Source: Blastocatellia bacterium (GTDB lineage: Bacteria > Acidobacteriota > Blastocatellia > UBA7656). From it: a stretch of DNA of 64,000 nt. Position numbers and translations under genes: made by a program. This document shows, piece by piece, positions 9,385 through 19,719 of the stretch. The notes below the pieces were generated by a model. It ran no database searches and was not told the origin of the DNA. It saw nothing but the letters and a program-made list of their open reading frames with translations. The stretch spans positions 411,775 through 475,774 of the forward strand of contig DASUNP010000005.1 in assembly GCA_036277095.1 (NCBI GenBank), given 5' to 3'. Position 1 is the stretch's first letter. Each line of letters starts with the position of its first letter.

Positions 9385-10092
9385 ATGGTCAAAGCGAGCA
9401 AGAATGCGGGCGAATCCGAGACGGGGCTTTTGACTCGAACCGTCAACGTAGGTGGGGCGAGCTACGACTATCAGGTCTATGTCCCTGCGGCGTTTGAGGA
9501 GGGCAAGAGACTCCCCGTGGTCCTTTTTTTGCACGGCATCTCTCAGCGCGGCACGGGCGGCATAGTTCCTTCCAGGGGGCCTGCGAGCTTCATGGCCCGT
9601 CATTATCTCGATCGCGTGCCTGCAATCATAGTGCTGCCGCAGTGCATCCATAATCGTTACTGGTCGAACCGCGATATGGGGGAGATGGCCGTGGCGGCTC
9701 TGGACCAGGCTGCGGCAGAGTTCGACGGCGACGACGAGCGCATGTCTTTGATAGGCGTTTCGATGGGAGGCTACGGCGCCTGGCGCCTGGCTGCGGAAAA
9801 CACCGGCAAGTTTTCAGCCATAGTGCCGATATGCGGCGGCAGCCCTTTGCGCACGGGCGACAGGTTTAACACGATAGCTCGCAAAGTAGGCCGCACGCCC
9901 GTCTGGGTATTTCATGGCTCGGACGATCCGGTAGTGCCCGTGAGCGAATCACGTCTCATGGTCGATGCGTTAAAAGCGGCGGGCGGCAACGTCCGTTACA
10001 CAGAGTACCCTGGCGTAGGCCACAACGTCTGGTTAAACGTCATAGCCGAGCGCGATTTGCTCCCGTGGGTGCTCTCTCAGCGCCGGTCGTGA
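9385..10092 (+). CDS. Alpha/beta hydrolase (esterase; phospholipase/carboxylesterase or PHB-depolymerase-like family)
   Basis: LPVVLFLHG oxyanion region, nucleophile elbow GVSMGG, and a late His in GVGHNVW. The ORF track starts at GTG 9379; the first ATG is at 9385. Confidence 0.6.
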   Translation: MVKASKNAGESETGLLTRTVNVGGASYDYQVYVPAAFEEGKRLPVVLFLHGISQRGTGGIVPSRGPASFMARHYLDRVPAIIVLPQCIHNRYWSNRDMGEMAVAALDQAAAEFDGDDERMSLIGVSMGGYGAWRLAAENTGKFSAIVPICGGSPLRTGDRFNTIARKVGRTPVWVFHGSDDPVVPVSESRLMVDALKAAGGNVRYTEYPGVGHNVWLNVIAERDLLPWVLSQRRS

Positions 10093-10107
10093 TGCGCTCG
10101 GAGAGAT

Positions 10108-12117
10108 TTACCGCGGCCATTCGACCGGGCGACTGCACATTGCAACCAGCTTGTTCGATTCATCATACCCGTTGACGAGCAGCATGATCTTTTCTCTTTT
10201 TCTTTCCCGTTCTATTCTACCTACGCGCCTCTTTCCGTCTTTGGTGTCCAGGGTCTTGAAGGGGCGATCATTCAAGTAGATATCGAGCCTTGAGATATTT
10301 CTGGTTGAGACTTCTATAGTCTGGGATCGGTCCCGGCTTTGTCGGAGTGTGACCGACAGGCCGTACACAGGTTTTTTCATCAACATTCTTGCGGCATTCT
10401 TGATAAGGTCCGCGTTCCTGTTCAGCAGATCATTCCGCGTCATGTAATGACGGTGGTCGGGAATGATTCCTAGCTCTTCAAGAGGCCGCCCGGCATACCT
10501 GCCTACGCGTATGCTTCGCCGCAAGGCAACTTTCATCCCCGCGCCTTTCGGCAAAGGTGTGAAATAGTATCGCGCCGTCTTGCCCAGAGCGAATCTTATA
10601 GTCTCGTAGGGCCATACGTTTGCGCCGCCTGCCCCCGTGTTGCCGCTCGTGCCCAGTATCTCTCCTATCTCGTTATCCTGGAAACCGGCTGCAAATATGT
10701 CCGTAGCGCTGTAGGAGAGCGCATCCGTTATCAGCACGACCGGTCCGTAATAAACCTGACCTATGTCGTTGCAATCCATTTCAGGGGTGATGGGAAAACC
10801 GGAAGAGTAAGTGGCATTGGTCATAACCGACTCGGCGATCGATTCGGCCCATTGAGACATTTCCCACTCTTTCGGAGCCCTTCTACATATTTCAAGGTTC
10901 AGGGGCGTGTTGATGAATTCAAACAATTCGGGCAGGATCCATCGGGGTGTGAATAACTGTAGCAGACGCTCGCCCGCGTCTATCTCACCGCCGCTGTTGC
11001 CGCGCACATCCAGTATAAGCCCTTCCTGCGGAAAAGAGTCGGATGTGAGAATGCGTCTGATGCGGTTAACCAATCGGCCCGGGCTCACTTCAAAAGTGAA
11101 AATCCTTATGTAACCGAACTCTTTTCCGTCCAGTTTTATGCGCTCGGCGCGAAGCACATCGGTCAGCCCGGTCTTTATGGCCTCTCTGACAAGGTCGGAT
11201 TCAACCTCATCCTTTACACTCGTATAAAGCATCTGCAACACGCTATTGATCTCTGTCTTCTTATGGTCTGTGGCTCGTTTGTGCATGCGTAAATATTCTT
11301 TGGCCGAGTCCCGAGGTCGCGGTTTGCTGGAGACGGCGCGGGGGTTAAAGACCATCCAATCCTGTTTTATCTCATATTTTTTGCCGTTCCTGGCCCGGTA
11401 AGTTAAGGTCACCCACATCTCATCGGGCGGCAAGGATGTGTCTAGCGGTCGTATTGTAAGGTTATCGAGGCCGCGCGCGAACCACGCCTCAGGATTGCTG
11501 CCGGCCTGTTTTTCGCCGTTGATCTCTATGGCCCGCTCGATAGGTATGCCGTTCCAGTAAAGCACCTCCACGCCGGGCTCCAAATAGTAGTACCCTTCGC
11601 TCTCCTCCCTTAGCGGCTCGTAATACGATTCGACTACGCGCGAGACCATGAATCTTCGCCTGTTATTTGTGAAGTACTCTTCGATCAAGAACGGTAGATA
11701 GGCGACCATCTCGTTAAACGGCTTGGGCAGTAGATACATCGTGTGGATGTCGCGGGCTGATGTGAATATCTCAAGCATCCTCTGGTGGAAGTCCATCTCG
11801 CCGGGCATGTCGCGTCCGCGCATCTCCGTCAGGCTGAACTCCATCAGTCTGAGCCTCTGTATGGGGTCGACCGCATGCAGCGCGCGCTTGAGCGGCAGAT
11901 GCACATAATTCATCTCCAGCAACACTATCGCGCGATCAATTATGCTCAGCCGCTCTCGCTTAGAGAGCCTTTGCTGTCTACTATATGTTCGCAGGAATTC
12001 TGAAAGGGTCTTCGATTTGTTTATGACCTCCTGGGGTTCCTGACGGCTAAAGCTGAGAAACTGCTCGGCGAAGCTCACAGTTTGTTCGCCTCCACTGACA
12101 TCATCAGGCTCTTGCAT
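10108..12117 (-). CDS. S41 family peptidase (C-terminal processing / tricorn-core like) with ~330-aa N-terminal extension, no signal peptide
   Basis: S41 motifs LILDVRGNSGGEIDAGE, catalytic-Ser context LSYSATDIFAAG, and a downstream Lys. Start set at the internal ATG (MQEPDD), which has a strong AAGGAGAG SD. Confidence 0.65.
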   Translation of the reverse strand: MQEPDDVSGGEQTVSFAEQFLSFSRQEPQEVINKSKTLSEFLRTYSRQQRLSKRERLSIIDRAIVLLEMNYVHLPLKRALHAVDPIQRLRLMEFSLTEMRGRDMPGEMDFHQRMLEIFTSARDIHTMYLLPKPFNEMVAYLPFLIEEYFTNNRRRFMVSRVVESYYEPLREESEGYYYLEPGVEVLYWNGIPIERAIEINGEKQAGSNPEAWFARGLDNLTIRPLDTSLPPDEMWVTLTYRARNGKKYEIKQDWMVFNPRAVSSKPRPRDSAKEYLRMHKRATDHKKTEINSVLQMLYTSVKDEVESDLVREAIKTGLTDVLRAERIKLDGKEFGYIRIFTFEVSPGRLVNRIRRILTSDSFPQEGLILDVRGNSGGEIDAGERLLQLFTPRWILPELFEFINTPLNLEICRRAPKEWEMSQWAESIAESVMTNATYSSGFPITPEMDCNDIGQVYYGPVVLITDALSYSATDIFAAGFQDNEIGEILGTSGNTGAGGANVWPYETIRFALGKTARYYFTPLPKGAGMKVALRRSIRVGRYAGRPLEELGIIPDHRHYMTRNDLLNRNADLIKNAARMLMKKPVYGLSVTLRQSRDRSQTIEVSTRNISRLDIYLNDRPFKTLDTKDGKRRVGRIERERKREKIMLLVNGYDESNKLVAMCSRPVEWPR

Positions 12118-12250
12118 GACGGCTCTCCTTCTTATCAAAGCTGACGGAGGACACCACACCTGATTACACGGCAGGTTGCGGCTCGGGCCGTATAAGCGGC
12201 GGCGGCGGCTCTAATCTTTTGCAGACTCCTGAAGGGCGGGCTCTAAATTT

Positions 12251-12367
12251 TTATCTCTTCTTTGCGCCCTTCTTTGCGGCTGCTTTCTTTGCCCCGGCTT
12301 TCTTTTGTCCGGTAACGAGTGTTTTGCGTCCGGTTCCGCCCTTGTTACTAGGTTGTCCTGTTGACAT
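12251..12367 (-). CDS. Putative 38-aa lysine-rich small protein
   Basis: MSTGQPSNKGGTGRKTLVTGQKKAGAKKAAAKKGAKKR. AAAGGAA SD-like sequence upstream. Lies just downstream of the kinase gene on the same strand. The only support is the ORF and its composition. Confidence 0.25.
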   Translation of the reverse strand: MSTGQPSNKGGTGRKTLVTGQKKAGAKKAAAKKGAKKR

Positions 12368-12398
12368 TAGATTCGTTCCTTTCCAGAAGAGGTTCGGC

Positions 12399-15300
12399 TC
12401 AGTTGTTGACTCTGAGTAAGTCGGCCAATTGGTTCCGGTACGATGCGATATCTGGACGCTTCGTGTAGCTGCTAAATGCTTCGGCGTCCCAACTTTGTTG
12501 AAGAGCCAGAAGCAGCTTATCGGAGCGCGTCACATAGTCTGTGGTCTGCGGGCCGTCGCCTGCGATCCGGCTGGCGCGAGCGGCAACAAGCAACGCACGC
12601 CACTGTGAGTCCTGACTGCCCGCGCGCGCGAATATCTCCTGCGCCTCCAGCACGGCTCGAAGCGCGCCCTTCGCGTCGTTAGCTTCCAGCATTACTTCAG
12701 CCAACACGAGCAGCGCGCTCGAAACCAGCCTGGGGTTCTTTATCTCTCTGGCCATGGCAACGGCTTCTTCGCAAGCTTGAACCGCAGGCCGCGCCGCGCC
12801 TGAAAGCGCATCGGCAAGGCCTATGCAGTATTTTGCCTGTATAGCCACATCCTTGAACTGTGTGCCCGCCAGCTCCAGCGCGCGTTGCCCTTTTTTTCTG
12901 GCCTCTGCAAAGTTACGCTCGCTGAGCGCCATCTGCGCATATATAAGGTAGACCCATGCATGCAGGGCCTTATACTCGGCCTCAGGGCGTGCGGCTATCG
13001 AGAGTGCTTCTTTCAGCGCGTTGCGCGCCTCTTCGTACCGGCCTACCTGCCACAGGATTCCGGCTCGATTCATCTGGTCGTATCCGATATACATCGGGGA
13101 CCCCGAAGCCTTGTTGATCTTATAACTCGCCTCTACATGCGTGAGCGCCTCGGGGTATCTTTCCTGCTCAAGGCCGAGCGTCAGGGCCAGGCTGAGATGC
13201 GCATCCGACAGCATCTCAGAGTCCCCCAATTCTTCCGAGAGGCTTAGCTGTTGTGTGAATATCGTCGTAGCGTCCTCGTAATTTCCTTTGCTGCGCTGGG
13301 CGCGACCGAGCAGCGATAGAGCGATAGAGGTCTCTTTGCGATAGCCCGAAGGCTGATAGAACGCGAGCGCCTGCTCAAGGAGTTGTATCGCCTCGTCATC
13401 ATTAGCCTGCTGCACGCTTAAAGAGCCTAAAGCGAGCAACGCCCTGGCCTCGCTCTTTCGCGCCTTATCGAGGCGGGCGAATTCCAGCGCCCGTTTGAAA
13501 TACTTGTCGGCTTCATCAAATTCCCCGCGCCAGGTGAATATATAACCGAGATCGATAAGGCCGTTTACCGCAAGGCTGCGCAGGTTGTTAGCCTGAGCCA
13601 GGTTTATGGCTTCCGTAGCGACGGTCCTGGCGCGGTCTGTGTTCTCTTCAACATAGACCGCGCTCAACTGAAGCTGCGCCCTGACTTGCTGATGCTGGTT
13701 CTTGTTCTCGCGGGCGATTTCCAGGGCTTTCTCAAGCTGCGCGCGCGCGTCTTGGACTTTATTAATTTTGTTAAACATGCTGCCGCGCTGAATGTAGACT
13801 TCGGCGACTCCTTCCATGTTGCTGCTTGAGTCACGATAGTTTTTTTCGGCCTTATCGAAGCTTTCGGTGGCGCGCTTAAAATCCTGTTTCCGACCGTAAA
13901 GGATCGCCAGCCGCAGAAAAACGCCCGGCGATGCGGGCGCAAGTCCGGCCGCTTGCTGATATAACTCGATGGCTTTGTCTATCTCCTCATTCTTTTCGTA
14001 TGAGCGGCCAAGATCCATGTACGCGCTCGATTTGTCGGCCTCCTCCGCCTGCTCGGCAATCGCGCGGTAATGGTTGATCGCCGCTGTAAGCTCTCGCCTG
14101 ACGGTGGCCGCGATGGCGTCCAGGTACATGGCGTCCAGCTTCGGGAGCGCGGTCCGATCAGGGACTAAAGAGAGGGCCGTGAGAACCTCTTCGCTGGCCC
14201 TGTCGACCGAGTCAATCTCCATGTAAGCTTCCGCCAGCCGCGCATGCGCGAGCGCGTACCGGTCGTCGATCTCTATGGCGCGCGCGAGGGATTTTGTCGC
14301 CTGGTAGTAAGAGCCTTCGCGTATGGAGCTTGTGCCTCGCTCATACCAGACCCTTGCTTCGGCGGGCGGCTGGTGCGTGGCGCCGCCGAAAAGCGACAGG
14401 GCCGACCATATCAGTGCGGCTAGCAGCACAGGCGCAATAAACAGAGCGAGCTTAAAACGATTCTTTCGCAGACGGCTCGCAAATGGCGCCGGAGCTGTGA
14501 CCGGAGCTGTAACAGGCAACGTCCGTATCTTGCGCGTTACAGCGCGCGTCTGCGCCGAGCCTGTTTCCCCCAACATTGCTTTCAGGTCAAGAAGGTCCGC
14601 GAGCATCTCTGCGGCAGACTGGTAGCGGGCAGCCGAATCTTTTGCCATCGCCTTGACGATTATTCTCTCCAATTCCGGCGGCACGTTCGGGTTGAACTCC
14701 GTGGGCTTTGGAGGGTCGGACTGAATCACCTTCAGGCAAATCTGAATCGTCGAAGACCCGGTAAAGGCCGATTTGCCGGTAGCGCAGTTATAAAGAAGCA
14801 CTCCCAGCGAGAATATATCTGTGCGGGAATCGATCGGCTCGCCTTTCAACAACTCGGGAGACATGTACCCGACAGTGCCCACCACCTTCCCATCGCCGGT
14901 CAACTGGGTCAACGTGTCCGCCTCCGTCTCGACGGCCTCTTTCTCAGGCAGGAGCTTGGCGAGCCCGAAGTCGAGGATCTTTATCTGCCCGCGTGCGGTC
15001 ATGATTACGTTTAGCGGTTTTATATCTCTGTGAATAACCCTGTGCGAGTGGGCCTCGGCAAGCGCTTCGGCCATCTGCACTGCGATCTCTACGACCTCCA
15101 ATGGCTCCAGGGGCTGGCGCTTTATCTTAGTCGAAAGGATTTCGCCCTCGATGTACTGCATCACTATGAAGGGCGTGCTGCCTTCGTCGTTCACCTCGTA
15201 GATGGCGCGGATATTGGGGTGATCCAGCTTTGCCGCCGCTTTCGCCTCTCTTATCAATCGCTTCCTCGCCACGCCATCGTTCAGTCCTTTGTCCAGCAGC

Positions 15301-15452
15301 AGCTTTATGGCAACTCTACGCCCCAGCTTTAAGTCCTCGGCAAGATACACCTCACCCATCCCGCCCCTGCCGAGTGGCGAGAGGATTTTGTAATTCTCCA
15401 GCACTTGTCCGGCTTTCATTGTCGGGAGCGCCGCTGATTCCTCATTGACCAT
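12399..15452 (-). CDS. Serine/threonine protein kinase with transmembrane segment and long C-terminal TPR-repeat region
   Basis: Hanks kinase motifs GRGGMGEVY, AIK, HRDIKPLN, DFGLAK, GTVGYMSPE. A TM helix near residue 330. About 650 aa of TPR-like repeats. Alternative start at Met12 (nt 15419). Confidence 0.85.
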   Translation of the reverse strand: MVNEESAALPTMKAGQVLENYKILSPLGRGGMGEVYLAEDLKLGRRVAIKLLLDKGLNDGVARKRLIREAKAAAKLDHPNIRAIYEVNDEGSTPFIVMQYIEGEILSTKIKRQPLEPLEVVEIAVQMAEALAEAHSHRVIHRDIKPLNVIMTARGQIKILDFGLAKLLPEKEAVETEADTLTQLTGDGKVVGTVGYMSPELLKGEPIDSRTDIFSLGVLLYNCATGKSAFTGSSTIQICLKVIQSDPPKPTEFNPNVPPELERIIVKAMAKDSAARYQSAAEMLADLLDLKAMLGETGSAQTRAVTRKIRTLPVTAPVTAPAPFASRLRKNRFKLALFIAPVLLAALIWSALSLFGGATHQPPAEARVWYERGTSSIREGSYYQATKSLARAIEIDDRYALAHARLAEAYMEIDSVDRASEEVLTALSLVPDRTALPKLDAMYLDAIAATVRRELTAAINHYRAIAEQAEEADKSSAYMDLGRSYEKNEEIDKAIELYQQAAGLAPASPGVFLRLAILYGRKQDFKRATESFDKAEKNYRDSSSNMEGVAEVYIQRGSMFNKINKVQDARAQLEKALEIARENKNQHQQVRAQLQLSAVYVEENTDRARTVATEAINLAQANNLRSLAVNGLIDLGYIFTWRGEFDEADKYFKRALEFARLDKARKSEARALLALGSLSVQQANDDEAIQLLEQALAFYQPSGYRKETSIALSLLGRAQRSKGNYEDATTIFTQQLSLSEELGDSEMLSDAHLSLALTLGLEQERYPEALTHVEASYKINKASGSPMYIGYDQMNRAGILWQVGRYEEARNALKEALSIAARPEAEYKALHAWVYLIYAQMALSERNFAEARKKGQRALELAGTQFKDVAIQAKYCIGLADALSGAARPAVQACEEAVAMAREIKNPRLVSSALLVLAEVMLEANDAKGALRAVLEAQEIFARAGSQDSQWRALLVAARASRIAGDGPQTTDYVTRSDKLLLALQQSWDAEAFSSYTKRPDIASYRNQLADLLRVNN

Positions 15453-15786
15453 GTCTTTAGACCGGGGATCGGGCCCCGCGTCGGCGGGCAGGGTTCAGGG
15501 GCAGGGATTAGAATGAACGCTAGCTCCTAGCCTTTAGTCTCTGGCCACCGACCGTTTCCCTCTGATCTTTCATTCTGCATGACTTCGAGCGAGAAAGAAG
15601 ACGTGACACCATCTTCAATGTGATCTCGTTTACCTGGGGCTCGAACCATTTCATACGCGTGGCGACAAGCTAACACACCTGCGGCTCTACCGCAATCTCC
15701 GTGTATTAATCAGAAAACTATCGTTACGCGCGGCGGCTTGTAAGGAAAGTCTAAAGATTTTAGAGAGCCGGAGATTCGACACGCCA

Positions 15787-17370
15787 TCAGGGAGCGCGCC
15801 GCTGCTGCCAGGCTTTCAGATAGCGCGCGGCTCGCGGATGAGCTTCGTTCCACTTCGGCTCCTGCTGGTTGTTTGCGATCATCACCGATGCGAGCGCGAC
15901 CATCCGGGCCACTTTTTCCATGTTCGCATAATCGATCTTTTCCCAGTGATCGCCCACTCCGTGATAATCGGGGTAAGAAAAGGCTACGCACAGCGTGTGA
16001 GCCGGGACGCCCTGGTCGGCCAGCGCCTGGTTGTCGCTGCGTCCGAAATAAGCGTCGCTGTTTCGCTCGTGCTTATAAACGCGGACTCCCGTGAGACTCC
16101 CCGCCTCTTTTATGATCGCACCAACGTCCGAGTAGTCAAAACCCGTGAGCGACGCGGTGCCGACCTGCGGCCCTTCGTCGCTATCCGTGCGGCCTACCTG
16201 CTCAAGGTTTATGTCGGCCACAGTCTTCTCAATCGGAAATATCGGGTGGCGGCCATAATAGCGTGAGCCGAGCAGCCCTTTCTCTTCGCCGAAAAACAGG
16301 ACGAAGAGTATGCTGCGGCGCGGGCGCTGCTTCATCGTGGCAAGCGCCGCAGCTATCTCTATGACGGCGACCGTCCCGCTCCCGTCGTCATTCGCGCCGT
16401 TGTAAATGCCGTCGCCTTCCTGGGGCCGCGCGCCTATGTGGTCGTAGTGCGCGGTCACCAATACGCAAGTATCTTTAAGCGCCGCGTCAGAGCCGCGCAG
16501 CAACCCCGCAACGTTGCGCAGCATTACGGGCCGCTCGCGGAAATCGGGCAACTTCACGGTCATATTCGTTTGGGTTGCGCCCGTCGGCATCGCGTCGTAA
16601 AGCTTGATCGCCGCCGGGGCGTGAACGGTTACAAAAGGAGGGCTCGACGTGGCGAAGTTTGCGACCCTGTTTTCAGGGTCTATCAGACGGCCCTGCCCCG
16701 CGCCCGAACCCACGGGGTTTACCCTATCGAACGAGACGACGAACACGGCTTTGAGGTCGTGCATGCGGTCTAGAAATCTACGTTGCGCTTGAAGCAACTC
16801 CCCACGGCGAGGTCCCACTTCACGGCGAAAGTCTGGAATCTCCGTCACGATCACCCGCCCGGCGATCAACTCGGGCGGGATAGAGTTGCTCGCCGCCATC
16901 TGTTTGTAATCGAGCTTGAATACCGGGGCGTTTGTCAGGTCGAGGACTCCTGATGACAGGAGGCTTACGTGATTTTTGGCGACGCTGACGGTCTCGCCGC
17001 CGGATTGAATCTTGATCTCGAAATTATCCATATCCCGCTCGGCAAGCAACCACCTGGCGGTCTGAAAATATCCGTCGTCGCCCGCAGGCTCAAGCCCCGC
17101 CCTCCGCATCTGCGCGGCGATGTAGCTTGCGGCCAGGTCCAACCCAGGCGAAGGCGTGTTGCGACCTTCCAGCAGATCGGAAGCGATAAAAGAGAGATGG
17201 CCCTGCATCGAAGCGGCCGATATGCGGGCCAGCGCCGATGTGATCTCAGCGCTCAGGGCGGGCTTACGCGATGCCGGTCGCTGCGCGTCGAGGCTTGCGA
17301 CGCTCAAGCATAAAATTATCAGAGCCCCGACTGCTCGATTGACAACGCGCTTGTTAAGCATTCGACTCAT
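15787..17370 (-). CDS. M28 family Zn-metallopeptidase with PA domain, secreted
   Basis: Signal peptide. M28 motifs HYDHIG, GANDDGSGTVAVIEIA, FFGEEKGLLGS. A PA-type insert is present. Confidence 0.75.
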   Translation of the reverse strand: MSRMLNKRVVNRAVGALIILCLSVASLDAQRPASRKPALSAEITSALARISAASMQGHLSFIASDLLEGRNTPSPGLDLAASYIAAQMRRAGLEPAGDDGYFQTARWLLAERDMDNFEIKIQSGGETVSVAKNHVSLLSSGVLDLTNAPVFKLDYKQMAASNSIPPELIAGRVIVTEIPDFRREVGPRRGELLQAQRRFLDRMHDLKAVFVVSFDRVNPVGSGAGQGRLIDPENRVANFATSSPPFVTVHAPAAIKLYDAMPTGATQTNMTVKLPDFRERPVMLRNVAGLLRGSDAALKDTCVLVTAHYDHIGARPQEGDGIYNGANDDGSGTVAVIEIAAALATMKQRPRRSILFVLFFGEEKGLLGSRYYGRHPIFPIEKTVADINLEQVGRTDSDEGPQVGTASLTGFDYSDVGAIIKEAGSLTGVRVYKHERNSDAYFGRSDNQALADQGVPAHTLCVAFSYPDYHGVGDHWEKIDYANMEKVARMVALASVMIANNQQEPKWNEAHPRAARYLKAWQQRRAP

Positions 17371-17385
17371 CGCCTCCCGTTTTTC

Positions 17386-18189
17386 TCAACCCCGGTCGCG
17401 GCGCAACGTCAGGCCGCCGTCGACCGTGATGACCTGGCCCGTTATGTAGTTGTCAGGCTCAACGAGCAGCCTCACCACGCGAGCAGTATCTTCAGGGCGT
17501 CCGAATCTAGGAATGATCTTCTTGTCGATGTAGAAATCGTACTTGCCCGACTCTATCGATTTGACGGCCATGCCCGCGCGGTTGACGCCCGGCGCTATGA
17601 CGTTCACGCGGATGCCGCCGGGACCGCCCCACTGCTTCGCCATTATCCGCGCCGCCTGCACGAGCGCGGACTTCGGACCCGCGTAGTTTATGCTCGATTC
17701 AAATGCAGCCACAGCCTGCATCGTAGAGACCAGCACTATCGCCCCTTCGTGCCCCCGGCTATGGATTCGCGCCGCCGCCTCGCGCGCAAGCAAGACGGGC
17801 GCGACATAGTTTTTTTGAAACGAATCGTGCAGGTCTTCGTCCGTCGCTTCGTCGAACTTTACGCGCGCCGGGTCGCCCGTGAAACAGATCAGCGCGTAAA
17901 GCCCCCCGCTCAAAGAGTCGGCCACGTCGACGTAACGAGCGCGCGCCGAGGGATCAGAGATGTCACCTTCGACCAGATGTATCTCGCGCCCGAAACTGGC
18001 TCCCACGGCCTGTTTGAGGGCTTCGGCGCGCTCGCGGTCGCTGCGGTATCCGGCAACCACTGTGGCGCCGTCGCGGGCCAGGAGCGCTGTGGTCGCGGCC
18101 CCAAGACCTCCCGTGCCGCCCGCCACCAGCACGACGCGGCCCGCCAGCCCCGCGTCGTTAAAATCAAAGTTGAGTTCGCCTCGGCTCAT
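17386..18189 (-). CDS. SDR family oxidoreductase
   Basis: Rossmann motif VVLVAGGTGGLGAA. Catalytic YxxxK context in the middle. Start moved to internal Met (MSRGEL). Confidence 0.65.
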   Translation of the reverse strand: MSRGELNFDFNDAGLAGRVVLVAGGTGGLGAATTALLARDGATVVAGYRSDRERAEALKQAVGASFGREIHLVEGDISDPSARARYVDVADSLSGGLYALICFTGDPARVKFDEATDEDLHDSFQKNYVAPVLLAREAAARIHSRGHEGAIVLVSTMQAVAAFESSINYAGPKSALVQAARIMAKQWGGPGGIRVNVIAPGVNRAGMAVKSIESGKYDFYIDKKIIPRFGRPEDTARVVRLLVEPDNYITGQVITVDGGLTLRRDRG

Positions 18190-18285
18190 GTTTAAACAAT
18201 AGGTGGACTGGCGAGCGGGCCGCAAGCTAAAGGTTGAGCCGATGGTTCGACAGCCGCGCGCTTTCAGCTTATATTCTTCCTACTG

Positions 18286-19719
18286 GTGCGCTTTCATCTA
18301 TCCCAGAACGTTCGCTCGCTTGTCGGTCTGGCCGCGCTCGTCTTGATCGGGCTCGCGAGCGCGCAATTGTATGATGAAAACGCGAACCTTCTCGAAACGA
18401 GCAACATCCTCTGGTACATCACGCTGTTCCTCTTACAGTTCGTTCTCTTCATGTGCGCTAGCTGGATCGCAATCAACACACCAAAAAACGACCGGGCGAT
18501 CAAATTAATTGTGCTAGCCGTCATTCTTATCTTCTCCGTCGCGTTTCACGAGCGCCTGGCGGTCGAGACTCCTTACCTGTCGAGCGATGTTTACCGCTAC
18601 ATCTGGGACGGGCGCGTGCAGGCCGCAGGGATCAATCCTTATCTTTATATGCCCGTCGCGCAGGAGCTAGAACCCTTGCGCGACGAAAAGATATTTCCGC
18701 ACATCAACCGACCCGACTACGCCCGCACTATCTACCCGCCCACGGCGCAAGCAATCTTCTTGATAACATATCTCGTTGGCCCATCGGACGTGACGACGTT
18801 CAAAGTCACAATGTCGCTTTTTGACGTGCTTGCGATACTGGCGATAATGCTCGCGCTTGCGCGGATGAAGCTGGACCCCGCGCTTGCGATCATCTTCGCG
18901 TGGCACCCGCTGGTCATCTGGGAAGGCGCGCACAGCGGGCACATTGAATCGCTCGCGATGGCGCTGCTTGCGTTCGCGCTGCTTGCGCGCGTTTCACAAA
19001 AGCACGCGCTCACGGGATTTTTGCTCGCGCTCGCAGTGCTTACGAAATTCTACCCCGCTCTACTCCTGCCGGCCTTTCTGTTTGCAAATCCGCAGCCGGG
19101 CGTGTGGCCCAGGTTACGCGCAATCTTAACCGACAGGCGCAACATTAAAATGCTGATTGCTTTCTTCGCCACAATAGTTCTGGCTTACCTGCCTTACATC
19201 AGTGCGGGCGGGGAAGTGCTGGGCTACCTGCCCGGCTATTTGAAAGAGGAAGGCTTTGTCGAAACCGGGAGCCGCTATTTTCTGTTGGACCTGGCGCGCA
19301 AGTTCGCCGACGTTCCTACGGCTGCCTACTCGGTCACGGCTGCGGCCGCGCTCATCGGACTGGCTATTTATTTTTTGCTGAAAGAAAAGCGCGACGGCCG
19401 GGAAGTGGCTCGCGCGGCGGTCGCGCTCATAGGCTTATTCTTGATCTTGAGCACGCCGCGCTATAGCTGGTACACGGCGTGGATAATCCCTTTCTTATGC
19501 TTCGCGCCGTGCGCGGGCTGGCTCTACCTTACGGGCGCGTCAGTCTTCTTGTATTTCTTATGGCTGATACCGAGCTACCCGAACATACCCGCGTGGATAG
19601 GCGCGGCCATCTACGCGCCGGCAGTCGCGCTCCTCGTCTTAGAATTGATACTTGTTAAAAGAAGAGAGAAAGCTGTTGAGCTAAAGCCTAGCGAGGTAGT
19701 TTCTCTGCCAGGGCAATAG
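18286..19719 (+). CDS. GT87/DUF2029-type polytopic membrane glycosyltransferase (GT-C fold, polyprenol-P-sugar dependent)
   Basis: About 10 predicted TM helices. A conserved loop YRYIWDGRVQAAGINPYLYMP...RPDYARTIYPPTAQ is shared almost verbatim with the paralog at 21333..22778. Confidence 0.6.
   Translation: MRFHLSQNVRSLVGLAALVLIGLASAQLYDENANLLETSNILWYITLFLLQFVLFMCASWIAINTPKNDRAIKLIVLAVILIFSVAFHERLAVETPYLSSDVYRYIWDGRVQAAGINPYLYMPVAQELEPLRDEKIFPHINRPDYARTIYPPTAQAIFLITYLVGPSDVTTFKVTMSLFDVLAILAIMLALARMKLDPALAIIFAWHPLVIWEGAHSGHIESLAMALLAFALLARVSQKHALTGFLLALAVLTKFYPALLLPAFLFANPQPGVWPRLRAILTDRRNIKMLIAFFATIVLAYLPYISAGGEVLGYLPGYLKEEGFVETGSRYFLLDLARKFADVPTAAYSVTAAAALIGLAIYFLLKEKRDGREVARAAVALIGLFLILSTPRYSWYTAWIIPFLCFAPCAGWLYLTGASVFLYFLWLIPSYPNIPAWIGAAIYAPAVALLVLELILVKRREKAVELKPSEVVSLPGQ

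Noticed and set aside
12219-12419. 66-aa + strand ORF rich in Phe/Ala/Pro
   Set aside because: It is antisense to the lysine-rich micro-ORF region and its composition reflects AAG/GGC repeats. Neither ORF is well supported, but the minus one at least has an SD.
15620-15700. tRNA- or tmRNA-like GGTTCGAGCC (minus strand) and GCGGTAGAGC
   Set aside because: A cloverleaf cannot be assembled. The T-stem would have only 3 bp and the acceptor stem is missing.
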